DNA of 62,918 nt, the filler included, from Pirum gemmata (Eukaryota): NCBI GenBank assembly GCA_002812295.1. It is 20 parts of 20 records of this genome, joined end to end, with 100 filler letters (N's around TTAATTAATTAA, not from the genome) between each part and the next. Parts side by side here need not be neighbours in the genome. Positions count along the whole stretch, not along the records: positions 11,647 to 14,485 come from PDIN01004466.1; positions 14,586 to 17,371 come from PDIN01004467.1; positions 17,472 to 20,309 come from PDIN01004468.1; positions 20,410 to 23,254 come from PDIN01004469.1; positions 23,355 to 26,126 come from PDIN01004470.1; 15 more parts are not named here. One strand, 5' to 3'. Positions 11,733 to 23,863 of the stretch are shown here, piece by piece; the first letter of the stretch is position 1; each line of letters begins with the position of its first letter. Position numbers and translations under genes: made by a program. The notes beneath the pieces are model-generated. The model did no database searches and was not told where the DNA came from. It worked only from the letters and a program-made list of their open reading frames with translations.

Positions 11733-12584
11733 ACTCTAAAACGAGAAGTATGTGATAAATGGAGAGATACTTTAAAATTATGTGTACCTGCTTTATTATA
11801 TGTATTTCAAAACAATATATTGTTCATTGCCTCTAGTGTGCTGGATGTTGGTACCTTCCAAGTTACTTACCAACTTAAATTAGTAACAACAGCAGTATTG
11901 TTTTGTTTAATAATGGGAAAAAATTTATCATTATTACAATGGTGTTCATTAGGATTATTACTAGGTGGTGTTGTTTTGGTACAGATTCCTGAAAATAGTG
12001 AAGAAGCTTTTGAAGTTAAAGAAGGTCAAAATAGAAGGTTTGGTATTACCATTGTGATTTTAGCTTGCATTTCGTCTGGGTTTGCGTCAGTGTATTTTGA
12101 AAAAATAGTCAAGAGCTCAGCCGGTACTTGTAGTATTTGGATTAAAAATGTACAGTTAGGTTTGTTTTCGTTGATAATTTCAATATTTACGGTATTTGCG
12201 AAAGACTATCAAAAAGTAAAAACGGATGGATTTTTCCAAGGTTATTCGTTATTAGTGTGGGCTGCTATTTTTATGTGTTCTGCTGGGGGTTTAACTATTG
12301 CAGTTGTTGTTAAATATGCTGATAATATTTTAAAAGGTTTTGCTACTTCCGTGGCAATTATAGGGTCATCAGTTTTGAGTTGGGTTATCCTAGGTCAAAC
12401 TCTATCGCCTTTTTTTATTCCCGGTGCGGGTTTAGTTATTTCTGCTGTGTTTTTGTATGGTAGGGAGGATGCGTTGGCTAAAACTAAGGAAATTACTTTA
12501 CCGACCATTAGTATTAAAAGTAGCAGTAGTAGTAGTTTTGATAAACTTGAAGATGTTGAAAAAGATGTTGAAAAAGGTGTATAA
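11733..12584 (+). CDS. SLC35A: UDP-galactose/UDP-GlcNAc transporter (SLC35A family), last exon
   Basis: LKLCVPALLYVFQNN, TFQVTYQLK, SGFASVYFEKIVK, IWIKNVQL and VVKYADNILKGFATS motifs. AG acceptor at 11731-11732. Confidence 0.93.
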   Translation, partial: TLKREVCDKWRDTLKLCVPALLYVFQNNILFIASSVLDVGTFQVTYQLKLVTTAVLFCLIMGKNLSLLQWCSLGLLLGGVVLVQIPENSEEAFEVKEGQNRRFGITIVILACISSGFASVYFEKIVKSSAGTCSIWIKNVQLGLFSLIISIFTVFAKDYQKVKTDGFFQGYSLLVWAAIFMCSAGGLTIAVVVKYADNILKGFATSVAIIGSSVLSWVILGQTLSPFFIPGAGLVISAVFLYGREDALAKTKEITLPTISIKSSSSSSFDKLEDVEKDVEKGV

Positions 12585-12832
12585 TATAATACAATTAATG
12601 TTAAACTATATAATCAAATAATATTATAATAATAGTGGTAATATTATTGAGAAAAAAATAATTTTGTTTGTGATAATTGGAAGCAGGAAGAAGAAATAGT
12701 TCGAAGAAAAAAGGAGATAGTATTTAATATGTGTGCGTACATGTGTGTGTACGTAGCAGTAGTGAAAATGATTTTAAAATTTGGTTTATTGGTTATTTTT
12801 AAGTGACAAAAAGTATTTATTCCAAGATCCAA

Positions 12833-12906
12833 TTAGGGGTTTTGGCGATTTTTTAAGATCAGGGTTAGGATTAGGGTTAGGGTTAGGGTTCTTAGGTTTA
12901 GAGTTA
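12833..12906 (+). repeat. Short TTAGGG-type tract abutting the Penelope RT truncation
   Basis: TCAGGGTTAGGATTAGGGTTAGGGTTAGGGTTCTTAGGTTTAGAGTTA directly precedes antisense RT sequence. Confidence 0.85.
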
Positions 12907-14040
12907 AATCAAAGGTGAAGTAGTTGTTATTAATTATTAATTTTATACTGTCGATTATGAAATTTCGTTTATTTTTATCTTTTATATATAGTGGTAAATC
13001 TTGTTTTAGAATTAACATTAATTTTTTTAGTGGTATTGAAGAATATAAAGCTACTATGTCTAGTGTTATTAGTGTAATTTTTTTATTTTTATTTATATTT
13101 AGTTTTTTAATAAGATTGATTAATGCATTAGAGTTTTCTATATATGAGGGCATTTGTTGTGGTATAGGTTTGAGTAAGATGTTGATTGTTTTGGATAGAC
13201 CTGTTGTGTAAGTATTGACACAAGATATAATAGGACGTAATTGTAGGGTGGGTTTGTGTAATTTTGGGAGTGCATAAAAATGACTTAAATTTTTGTTGTA
13301 GATATTATGTGTGATTATTGGGTATAGTTTGTGGATTTTAGGGTATTTAGACATAAGAGCCTTAATTAATTTAATAATTTTATTTTTAATTTGTGTGATA
13401 GTGGTATTAGTGATGGTTTCATAGGTATTATATCTGTGCTCAGATACGAGTTGACCCCTTCTTTATACTGTTGTAACTTCATAATAGCGGGACCTAAGTT
13501 TTTGTCTGTTAGAAGTATTTTATATTCGATTAAAAAAGATGAAAGTTGAATGTTAATAAATTTTAATATAAATTTGTTAAGGTTATTTTTATTATTTATT
13601 GGTTTATATGGTTTGCATTTTATAATTGATTTTTTGATTGATTTTATATATTGTTCTGTTGTTATATCTGTTTTTGGTGGTTTATATTTATTGTTTTTAA
13701 TGTATAATTCTTTGATATATGGTCTATTATTATGTACTTTGTTGTTATTAAAATGATATTGTATTCTTATGCTTCTTTTTAGTTTTTTGTAACTAAGTAG
13801 GAATTCTTTTTGAGTAGTAGGTTTGGGAGTTAAACAAAATTTTGGACTTAAAAAGATAAGAGGGTTTTAATGCATGTTGGAATTGTGGTATTGGGTGGTA
13901 AAAGATTGTGATATGTTTTGTTATTGATATTGTCTTCTAATATATTTATAGATGTGGTTTTAATAAAGTTAGTTAAGATTTTGTTTTTATTAAAAAAGCT
14001 GTATATATTGTTCTTTTTATTTTTAATTTTTTGTTTCATT
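12905..14040 (-). mobile_element. Degenerate Penelope-like retroelement reverse transcriptase, 3'-truncated
   Basis: With frameshifts: SPKFCLTP, KRSIRIQYHF, ILLTDKNLGPAIM, FYALPKLHKPTLQLRPIIS, LITLDIVALYSSIP, IINNNYFTFD. Ends before the GxxMG and YxDD motifs. Confidence 0.85.
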
Positions 14041-14614
14041 TTATTAAATTTTTTTATAATGTTATTATTAAATTTGGTGATAGATTTTGAACTTTGAAAC
14101 TATAGAACTATAATTTTTTTCGACCAAAAATTGTTTTTTTATTATTATTATATATTATATAATATTGTGAATTATAATTATAATATGATCAGAAGAATTT
14201 TAGTTATCATTATTATTATTATTGTCGTTGTTCTTTGGAGTATATTTGGAGCAGAATGAATAGCTGTACAATGAACTGCTTGAGTTGAACTCTACTTTTT
14301 TCTTCTTCTCAATAGCTGTACTTTTACTACTTCCCTTCTTTTTTCTTTTTCCTTCATTTCCTGTAGACTATCATCATTATTAGCGTCATCATTACTTTCA
14401 ACAATATTCTTAGCTAGATGCTCAGGAGGGATAGTTGGGTACTTTTTAGCTAGAGAGTTTAGTTTTTTGTCTGTCAAAGTTACATNNNNNNNNNNNNNNN
14501 NNNNNNNNNNNNNNNNNNNNNNNNNNNNNTTAATTAATTAANNNNNNNNNNNNNNNNNNNNNNNNNNNNNNNNNNNNNNNNNNNNATACTAATACTAATA
14601 CTAATACTAATAAT

Positions 14615-14657
<43 letters not shown>

Positions 14658-15043
14658 GTAATTGTAATTATCATCATCGTCATTATCATCATTATCATCA
14701 CCATCATTATCACCATCATCACCACCATCACCATCATCATCATTATTATTATTATTATTATTATCATGATCATCATCACCATCATCATCATCATCATAAT
14801 CATGATCATCATCACCACCACCATCATCATCATCATCACCATCATCGCCATCATCGTCATCATCATCATCATCATCACAACCATCAGCGCCAATATCGTC
14901 AACAACATCAGCATAACGATGTTTAATACCAATGATAATAATAATAATGCTGCTGTTGTTGTTGTTGTTGTTTGTTGTTGTTTGTTGTTGTTTGTTGTTG
15001 TTGTTGTTGTTGTTTGCTGTTGTTGTTGTTTGTGGGGATTCAA

Positions 15044-15144
15044 GGATTTGGATGGCTAATAGCACTAGCTTCAATAAGCGCAACAGATGCACAAATAAAT
15101 GGTTTGCTCGGTATTGGTTTAGCTTATTGGATGATAGTATTGTG
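15044..15144 (+). CDS. Possible isolated exon of a membrane protein
   Basis: Complex sequence between microsatellites reading GFGWLIALASISATDAQINGLLGIGLAYWMIVL, bounded by AAG and GTAAAG. Confidence 0.35.
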
Positions 15145-15448
15145 GTAAAGTTATTTTTTTTTCCTTTCAATTTTTTATTTGGTCCATTATAATGACAAAT
15201 TGGTTGTATTTAATTTATTTTATTTTATTAAATATTCACCTTTTATTGTTATTACTTTTACATTTACTTATATAATGGTTACTATCGTTACTGGTAATAA
15301 GAATAGCAATAGTAATAGTAATAACAATAACAATAACAATAACAATAACAATAACAATAACAATAACAATAACAACAATACTAATAATAACAATAACAAT
15401 AACAATAACAATAACAACAACAGAATCAACAGCAGCAAAGACAAATAC

Positions 15449-15500
<52 letters not shown>

Positions 15501-15516
15501 TAAAAAAAACTTTCAG

Positions 15517-15624
15517 ACCCACGCTGGAGTTGATGATCTTGGAAAAGGTGGTCACGAACTAAGTGCAACTACTGGTAATGCTGGCGGGAGAGTATGTTGT
15601 GGCGTCATTGGATTTTCCAAATAA
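15517..15624 (+). CDS. SOD1: Cu/Zn superoxide dismutase, last exon
   Basis: TTTCAG acceptor then [35 protein letters not shown]. This frame is not in the ORF track. Confidence 0.93.
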   Translation, partial: THAGVDDLGKGGHELSATTGNAGGRVCCGVIGFSK

Positions 15625-16126
15625 AGTTTTCTTTTTTTAAAAAACATAAACATACCCAATATATGTATCATATTTTCAAAATTGTTACTCGTAAACGAAA
15701 AAAAAAATTAAAAGTATCAAATTGTTGTTGTATAGTAGTTAATGGGTATTTTATAAACAATTTGTTATTTTGAAAAGTTTTTTTTTATGGAATAAAAAAA
15801 CAACAAATTTTTAATTTCGTAATACCAAATTGAAATGGAAGGGATGAGAAAGAAAGAAAGAAAAAAAACTGAAGTTAAGAAGTTCGTGTTAGAAAAAAAG
15901 TGCCAAAGTAAAAAGATGAAAAGGTAGAAGCAGCAAAAGTAAAAAAAAATAATATTTTACTGTTTTACAGTTTTTGTTTGGATAATTCAAATTTTGATGT
16001 GTTGTATTTTTGATAATTTTGATATTGTAAATAAATAAATAGATACCCCAAAAGGCCTTTCTTTGTATAGTTGCATAGAAATAGTGCTGGTACTGATATT
16101 GTTATTGTTATTCTCGTTATGTGTAT

Positions 16127-16316
16127 ATGGTTATGGTTAGTTATGGTTATGTTTATGGTTATGTTGATGGTTATGGTTATGGTTATGTGTATATGGTTAT
16201 GGTTATGGTTATGGTTATGGTTTTGGTTGTGGTTATGGTTATGATTATGATTATGGTTTGGTTTTGATTTTGATTATGGTTATGGTTATGGTTATGGTTG
16301 TGGTTATGGTTATGGT
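16127..16316 (+). repeat. (TTATGG)n hexamer array
   Basis: About 30 TTATGG-type units, one base away from TTAGGG. Confidence 0.9.
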
Positions 16317-16487
16317 CGAGGATATGTATTTGTTGTATTTTGAAAATATGACTACTACTACCTGGTAGTCTAGGCCCAAGGAAGACTAAAATAATTTTGA
16401 TAAATGCATTTGATATGACGTAACGTTAAAAAAAGAGCAAATGATGACTCTTTTATGATGTTTAATTAAAAAAAGTAATACCATAAA

Positions 16488-16517
16488 AACCCACCGCCAA
16501 ATGTGGGTGGGTTCTAG
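16488..16517 (+). mobile_element. Possible Helitron 3' end
   Basis: GC-rich hairpin (AACCCACC..GGTGGGTT) followed by CTAG and T. No 5' end identified. Confidence 0.3.
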
Positions 16518-16671
16518 TTTTTTTACTTGACCTTTTCAACAAAATTAATATCAATTAGTTGTTACGTCAATACTTTAAAAAATGGAGTAAATTCCAGCTA
16601 GATTGTTTACAAACAGCTTTCTTTACAAACCCTAAAAACAAAAAATTTGAGTACCCTCTAGTCAACTTTGT

Positions 16672-16711
16672 CAAGGACTTCAAAAAAAAGACTTTTTTTT
16701 TGAAGTCCTTG
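16672..16711. repeat. CAAGGACTTCAAAA..TTTTGAAGTCCTTG hairpin repeat
   Basis: Near-perfect palindrome. Other copies at 48040-48067, 48093-48130 and, interrupted, 47833-47942. Confidence 0.8.
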
Positions 16712-19271
16712 GTCAATAGATCTGTAGATTCTATAATATTCTATACAAATTATTGTGTGATAAATCCTTTGCAAGTTGTAACTAGCTAGCAGGTAACTAG
16801 CTAGCTAGCTAGCTAGTAGTAGCTAGAGTCTACCTACCTAACTAGCTAGCTAGCTAGAGGGCCCAAGAGTCCAAGACTAAATACAAGAGCTAACTAAAAG
16901 AGCTAATACAAGACTAAATATTAGACTAAATATTAGGACTCTTATGTAGACTCTGCTAGCTATGATAGCTTGCTCGTAGCTATCTAGCTAGTATCATAGT
17001 AGTATCGGATATCATAGTAGCTGATAGATAAAGCAAAGTCAACTTCTAAGTTCTAACTAATAAAAAAACCACTAAAAAACCTTCCTAAAAAACTTCAAAT
17101 AAAAATAATATCAATACCAATAACAACAATAACAATAACAAATAACAATAACACTTATCAATAATAATAATAGCATATAACAATAATAACCACGTTTGTG
17201 ATGGGGATAATTTATGTAATATAAAAAAAATAACAATAGCAATAACAACGATAGCAATAACAATATTTTAATAACGATAACAATAAGAACAATAACAATA
17301 ACAGTCAAAACAATAACAATAACAATAGCAATAACAATAACAATAAAAATAACAATAATAACAATAACAATNNNNNNNNNNNNNNNNNNNNNNNNNNNNN
17401 NNNNNNNNNNNNNNNTTAATTAATTAANNNNNNNNNNNNNNNNNNNNNNNNNNNNNNNNNNNNNNNNNNNNTTATTATTATTATTGTTATTCTACTTAAA
17501 TCTACTTGCTTATTATTAGCATCTTTGTGTTACATTGGTTGTTTTCAGTTTTATTTTAATTTTAATAGTCTTTTAATTAACCATGTTAATATGATATATT
17601 AATATATGGTGGTTGCGTGTTTTATTGTTGTACTATTGTTGTTTACGGTATGATAAGTTTTTTTTTCATAGTTTAGTTAAAAATAACAAAATGAACAATA
17701 TTTGTGATCGTCTTCCTTTTGTTTTAATTTTATTAGTATTTTATCATGCTATTTGATCTATGATATTAATGTATGGTGGTTGTGTGTTTTATTGTTGTAC
17801 TATTGTTGTTTATAGTGTCTATTGGTTTTTTTCATTATTTTAGTTAAAAATAACAAAACAATAAACAACATGTGTGTTAATCTTGATTGGTTACTATCCT
17901 GTTTGCTTTCTGATATTATAAAATTATATTTTCTTAAGTTTTGTGAAACGAATAGTTCATTTTTTTAAAGAGAAGTAAAATTGCTACGAAATGTACTTTT
18001 ATTATATTTTTATTTCAAGTAAATAAAGTTTGAAATAAAAAATAAAATAATAAAAATAAAGAACATAAGACAAAATGAATAAACCAAAACTTAATGAAGA
18101 GCCCAAGTCATAAAGGAAAAACAAAAAAGTTCCTAAGTTGCTTTCACCAAAATGTTCCTTCCAGAAACCTACAAAATTCCAACTAACGAAAGTTATAATA
18201 ACAAATGTTAATACTTAACTTAATAATGTTGTTAAACCCTTTTTTACTATATATGATATATAACATGGGTTTGGTAATTTTAATACGTATGATAATATAA
18301 ATCTGTATAATAGTTCTATTTACGAAGATTGAAATTATGTTCATTCTTTTAAAAATGAGAAATATTGTTATTATATAAAAGTTACCTTCTCTGCGTTAGT
18401 CCAGACCATCCAATAAAGAGAAATATATACTTGTAATATGATTTTTATTTTTTGTTTTGTCCCTTTCATTAATTTGTTTTTTGATTTTCAAATTTTGATT
18501 TTTGATTTCGATTTTTGATAAAAAGTATTGTAACTGATGATATAAAGAGTATTAGTATTGTATTTTATTGTTAGTTTATGTTGAATATAAATGCAAATAC
18601 ACAAGCTCAAAATTTTTCTTCTTTCATAAACCATTATTCAAAATTTCATTGAACATAATAAGGGAGAAGAATAGTTTTATGTTACTAATAATTTTTGCTT
18701 TATTTTCACTTATTTGTTTCGATCACCCCCTGCTTATACGCTGAGAAAGAAGCACATTCATGTTTCATTGCTATGTTTTTCGTATTTGGCTTTATTATTA
18801 TAACTGTTTTTTGTCGATGATTTTTGGTCATTTTATAACTGTTCATGATGATCTTTTTTGTTTTATTGGTAGTTGTTGCCAGTGTGTCTTTCCGAAAATT
18901 ACAGAATAATTCCAAGTAATGTTACTGTATACCCTTAAAAGCAATTATTCCAGCCACCACTATTATATTTCATCATGATTTTGTTTTCTCTCCCTAAACG
19001 ACAGGACTGTTACAGGAAAACAATCAATCAACCCCAAACAAATAACGAATAGCAGTGGCCAAGCAGGTAAAAGCATGAGCATCATATTATCAAAATCAAT
19101 ATCAATATTTTAATAATAATTAATAACTACTAAATTATTTGCATGAAACTAATAATAATAAATCCATTATATGACAGTATGATTCAATATGACTCAATGC
19201 GTAAAAGGATGATAACTTTATATAGTGATAAAGTAAGAAAAGCAAAAGCAAAAAACAAAAACAAAAATAAC

Positions 19272-20219
19272 CTTTTCTCTTGATGTTGGGCTATATGATG
19301 TACCGAAAATGGCTTTTCCTTGATCAGAAAATGGCTTTAAGTAATAACATTCATCGAATCGAGGGCAAGATTCGTTTACGGCGAAATCGTAATAAGAAAC
19401 CTTTTATTAATTTAAAATATATTTTAAAAAACAGTGAAGTGTGATCATAGTTCTGAAATTATAGCCAAACTAATCATAAAAAGAAATTTTATTTATACTC
19501 ATTCCAATCAAAAAAAATAAGGAATTTGAATTAGATTACAATGGCCATCGAATAATACGGTTGAATCAAACGCCTACCCCCCTCCCCTCCCCTCCCTTCC
19601 CCTCCCCTACTCACCCACAGTAAGACAAGTTATATAAAATAATATATAACAAAAATCAGATTATACATATTGTATATAAAAAGATAATATAGTTTCAATT
19701 GATTTATTGCAAGAACTTTTATAAAACAAAACCAGATCAGAAACTAAACCCAGTGCGTTTTTGAGTCCAATAGCCTGTATAAAGCAATAAAAAACTGTTA
19801 ATTCATTTGGGTAACAAACAGCATTATATATATATCAGATTTTCAGAAACGCTCAACTTGATTAACTTACCAATCCAAGAGAGTGTGCTGCTTCAGTTTG
19901 CCATTTATTGTAGGCCAATTGATAAGATTTTAATTCCCCTACGCTCTTGCCTGTTGTTGGGTTTGCGAGTGCATTTGTATTTTTTAAGCATAAACTTAAT
20001 AAAATTATGGAATTTCATTAATAAACCAAAAAAACCAAAAAAAAAAAACACCTGAAACACAATTAGCCCCGTGCGCATAGCAATCAACATTATCGGGTTC
20101 CAGACCTTGACACCCTTTATCCTTGGCTAATTTGAACCTTGCGTGCATCGGTTGCTTAAGAAGCTCAAGTTTTGTAATGTCTAACCAAGTTTCACCACTC
20201 CAGTGTTTCATCTTTTTCC
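19272..20219 (-). CDS. Glycoside hydrolase family 114 (endo-alpha-1,4-polygalactosaminidase-like), four internal exons
   Basis: Exons 20219-20052, 19950-19871, 19774-19733 and 19400-19272 join in frame via GT-AG introns, giving WSGETWLDIT..AKDKGCQGLEPDNVDCY..AAHSLGLAIGLKNA..YDFAVNESC..ECYYLKPF..GKAIF. Confidence 0.9.
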
Positions 20220-20441
20220 CTTTTCATAGAAAGGTAAATTTCAAACTTTATTTTGTGAATTTCTTTATGCTATACATAATTAAAGATTTTTTTGAATGTA
20301 TATATATATNNNNNNNNNNNNNNNNNNNNNNNNNNNNNNNNNNNNNNNNNNNNTTAATTAATTAANNNNNNNNNNNNNNNNNNNNNNNNNNNNNNNNNNN
20401 NNNNNNNNNTAATAATAATAATAATAATAATAATAACTTAC

Positions 20442-20541
20442 TATTAACTTGATTAGAGACTGTTATTGTCCAAGCATCTATATCAAGATCATCGTAACTT
20501 GAGAAATGATAATGTTGCTCACTAGTATTCATATTATCTTC
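20442..20541 (-). CDS. Isolated internal exon, possibly the C-terminal part of a PH domain
   Basis: TAG acceptor and GTAAGT donor. Reads EDNMNTSEQHYHFSSYDDLDIDAWTITVSNQVN, with PH-like YxF...W spacing. Confidence 0.5.
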
Positions 20542-20693
20542 CTAGTAGAATAATTAAAATACAAAACGTTTTTCTAATAAATAAAATTAAACATTTCATT
20601 ATATCATATATATATATTATGATTCTAGAAAGTTACTAGCATCTATTTTTTTTGGCTTTAGTTTTGTACTGGTACTATTACTAATATTATATA

Positions 20694-20836
20694 AACCCTA
20701 AACCATAACCTTAACCCTTAACCTTAAAACCTTAACCTTAAAACCTTAACCTTAAAACCTTAACCTTAAAACCTTAACCTTAACCTTAACCTTAACCTTA
20801 ACCTTAACCTTAACCTTAACCCTGACCCTAACCCTG
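20694..20836 (-). repeat. (TTAAGG)n/(TTAGGG)n variant array
   Basis: CCTTAA units grading into CCCTGA/CCCTAA on the + strand. Confidence 0.88.
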
Positions 20837-22651
20837 ATCGTTCCAACAACAACAACAATAAAGAATGGCATTGACGAAAAGTGTGCAGTATTAACATTAC
20901 AATAACAACAGCAATTACAATTACAATTACAATTACAATAACAATGACGATAGTAACAAGAACAACAAGAACAACAACAACAACAACAAACAATAACAAT
21001 AACAATAACAACAAACAATAACAATAACAATAACAATAACAATATTATTAATAATAACAATAACAATAACAATAACAATAACAATAACAATAACAATAAC
21101 AATAACAATAACAATAACAATAACAATAATAATAACAATAACAATAACAAANTCAATAACAATAACGCAATATCAATATCAATAACTCAATATTGATAAG
21201 AACAATAACAATAACAATAACAAAACCACAACTATAATAGTAGTAATAAATATTAATATTATTGCTAAAACCTAAATTAATACGAATAACAATAACAATA
21301 ACAATAACAATAACAATAACAATAACAATAACAATAACAATAACAATAACAATAACAATAACAATAACAATAACAATAACATATGCATGCACAACAACAA
21401 ATAATAATAACAATAACAATATAACAATATAACAATAACAATAATATTTCCAGATGCTCATTTGATGTGGCAAAGTACACTAAGTCTTACTGCTTGTACT
21501 AAATATATATAAAGCTAGACAGCTGGGGAAGCAGCTACCAAGTATTATATTACATGAATTCAACATAATATTATTATAATCATTCATTTATCATGTCATT
21601 TCTATTTATATTTCATTTTTAAAAACAACTATCAGATTATGATATAAAACTATATTAAAATTAACAAATGAAGCCATGGGCGGGGACCAGGGTGCCTAGA
21701 CTTTCTTTAAACACTCATATCATCCATTGCTACTGCTACAATGAAGATGATTATTAATAACAATAGCGATGAAAGTAATGGAGATATTATGAGCGTTTTT
21801 AGCTCGAGTCTAATAATGTATGAGTCCGGGGTATGGGTTCAATTATTAAAAACATGTGCAATTATATTATTTGTAAACCTGGCATAGTTTCCAGTGGTAG
21901 TCTAATAATAGTGTCTTAAAATGTAGGTAGTCTAACTTTTATATTATTTATAATTATTTATTTAATTTTTTAATAAAGAGAAATTGAAGATACATGAGCT
22001 AGCATGAAATATATTTATTTATTTATTTATTTATTTTATTATTATTATTTTTTTTTTGGAAGTCTTTAGATACCGTATTATAAAATTAGCTACTAGATAC
22101 AAATCATACAATTTGCCCCACCCATGGATTTTTTTTAGCTATTTTTATTGTTTTTTATTATCATAGTTGTATTATCAATTATGTATTATCATAGTTTTGT
22201 CCAGATCAAAAACTGAAATAAACGTATTTAATTATACTTATATATACTTATATCAAATTTGATAGGTTATAATTAATATTGTATTAAATAAACATTGTTT
22301 TTTTTTGTTTTTTTTGTTTGTTGTTTGTTGTTTGTTTGTTGTTTTGTTATTTGTTGTTTGTTGTTTGTTATAAATTTTGTAAGAAATGATATAATTATTG
22401 ACAAAAGAATAATGAATCATCATTATAAATTTTGTAAGAAAAGAAATGATAAAAAGAAATGATATAATTATTGCCAAAGAGAATATTGATTTTATTGTTA
22501 CTTTTAAATCTACACTAACTATATTATAATAAACAATTTTTTTTTTGATAGCGGTAGTGGTAGTAGTAATATTATTATTAGTATTATTAGTATTATTCCA
22601 TTTTAGTAACAATAGTATTAATTAATTAATATTAGTATTATAATAGTAAAA

Positions 22652-23197
22652 TTATATTTTAGTAGTAGTGAAATCATAATTGGTTATATCTGCACAAAAT
22701 ACTCGATTTTTACCACAATGGAATACAATAGATTTTCCCACAAGATTACAATGTTTATCACCGTAATTATCGAAACCTTTAATGTATAACTTATTATTTT
22801 CATTAGCTTTTAACAGGCCATATTTCCCAGACAAATCACCTACTTCACAGCTTTGATAGGGCTTAGCCTTGTAACTTGCAGAGTTGCATTTATAGCTGCT
22901 ACCATTTCTACCAATGTTAGAGCAATGTGTTTTGATATGTTGTGATGCACTACCACACTGTAAAGTAGGGTCATAGTGGTTGCCAGTGATTTCTCCCCCA
23001 CATTGTAGTTGGCCTTTGGAGGTATCGATAGGATCTTCATGAATATGCCACTTTAAGCCACTAGAACAGGCAGAAGAGTTAAAATCATTGCTTACATTAA
23101 TGTCGACAATATAATCGTATCCGCCATTAGGAAGGAAGTGAAAGGTAACATTTCCAGTAGCTAAACTGTTGCTGAAGGTAGCAGTTGCATAATCCAT
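22652..23197 (-). CDS. Cu-only superoxide dismutase-like protein
   Basis: WHIH, GNHYDP, CEVGDLSGKYG and VGKSIVFHCGKNRVFCADI. All four Cu histidines are present; two Zn histidines and the electrostatic loop are absent. Confidence 0.85.
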   Translation of the reverse strand: MDYATATFSNSLATGNVTFHFLPNGGYDYIVDINVSNDFNSSACSSGLKWHIHEDPIDTSKGQLQCGGEITGNHYDPTLQCGSASQHIKTHCSNIGRNGSSYKCNSASYKAKPYQSCEVGDLSGKYGLLKANENNKLYIKGFDNYGDKHCNLVGKSIVFHCGKNRVFCADITNYDFTTTKI

Positions 23198-23714
23198 TAT
23201 TATTATTATTATTATTTATTTATTATATAATTATAATTTATTATTATTAATAATNNNNNNNNNNNNNNNNNNNNNNNNNNNNNNNNNNNNNNNNNNNNTT
23301 AATTAATTAANNNNNNNNNNNNNNNNNNNNNNNNNNNNNNNNNNNNNNNNNNNNACCAGGCTACAGGAATAAAGTTTACTGCTTCTATGATTTCTACTTA
23401 TGGCCAGCCTCTCTGGTGTATAGTATACTATAGCTCTTTAGCTAGGTTACCAGCCATAGGTCTAAAACTAAAACTTTTTTTAAAAAAAAACTAAAAAAGT
23501 TTTTACAACCATTTAACAGTTGGGTTTTATTTCTTAATTAAGGTAACTAGTTATTGTTATGATATTCCTGAAATTCTTTTTTATTGCCCAAAAATTCCAA
23601 ATCCATTTAGAAAATTTTATTTTTTTTTTTATTTATTTATTTATTTTTTTTATTATTATTTTTTTTTTTTCGCAAACTTCTTTTTTCCAACGTCTACACT
23701 GCAGTAGCAACTAC

Positions 23715-23863
23715 TAGTAGAGCTAGAATACAACGCCAATTTCTGGACAAATACAGCTTCAAATACCCCTACCTACCTACCCCTCAACGTTAATTTCCCG
23801 TCAAATACCACCTACTTGCCTTCCCCTTGACTTGACGTGGCGTATTATTTGAACGCTCCCTAA
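23715..23863. mobile_element. Degenerate PIF/Harbinger-type MITE end
   Basis: Right end CGTATTATTTGAACGCTCCC followed by TAA resembles Tourist-like TIRs. Left end is eroded. Confidence 0.35.

Noticed and set aside
14534..15568. Many ORF-track entries of poly-I/L/N/Y/C/V (also 20752-21480, 32367-32679, 36890-37174, 45105-45812, 50363-53338, 58969-59202)
   Set aside because: These are translations of microsatellites or antisense shadows of real genes, with no coding complexity.
20835..20895. Additional PH-domain exon (SMPFFIVVVVGTIR)
   Set aside because: There is no AG acceptor upstream and part of it is a GTT microsatellite.
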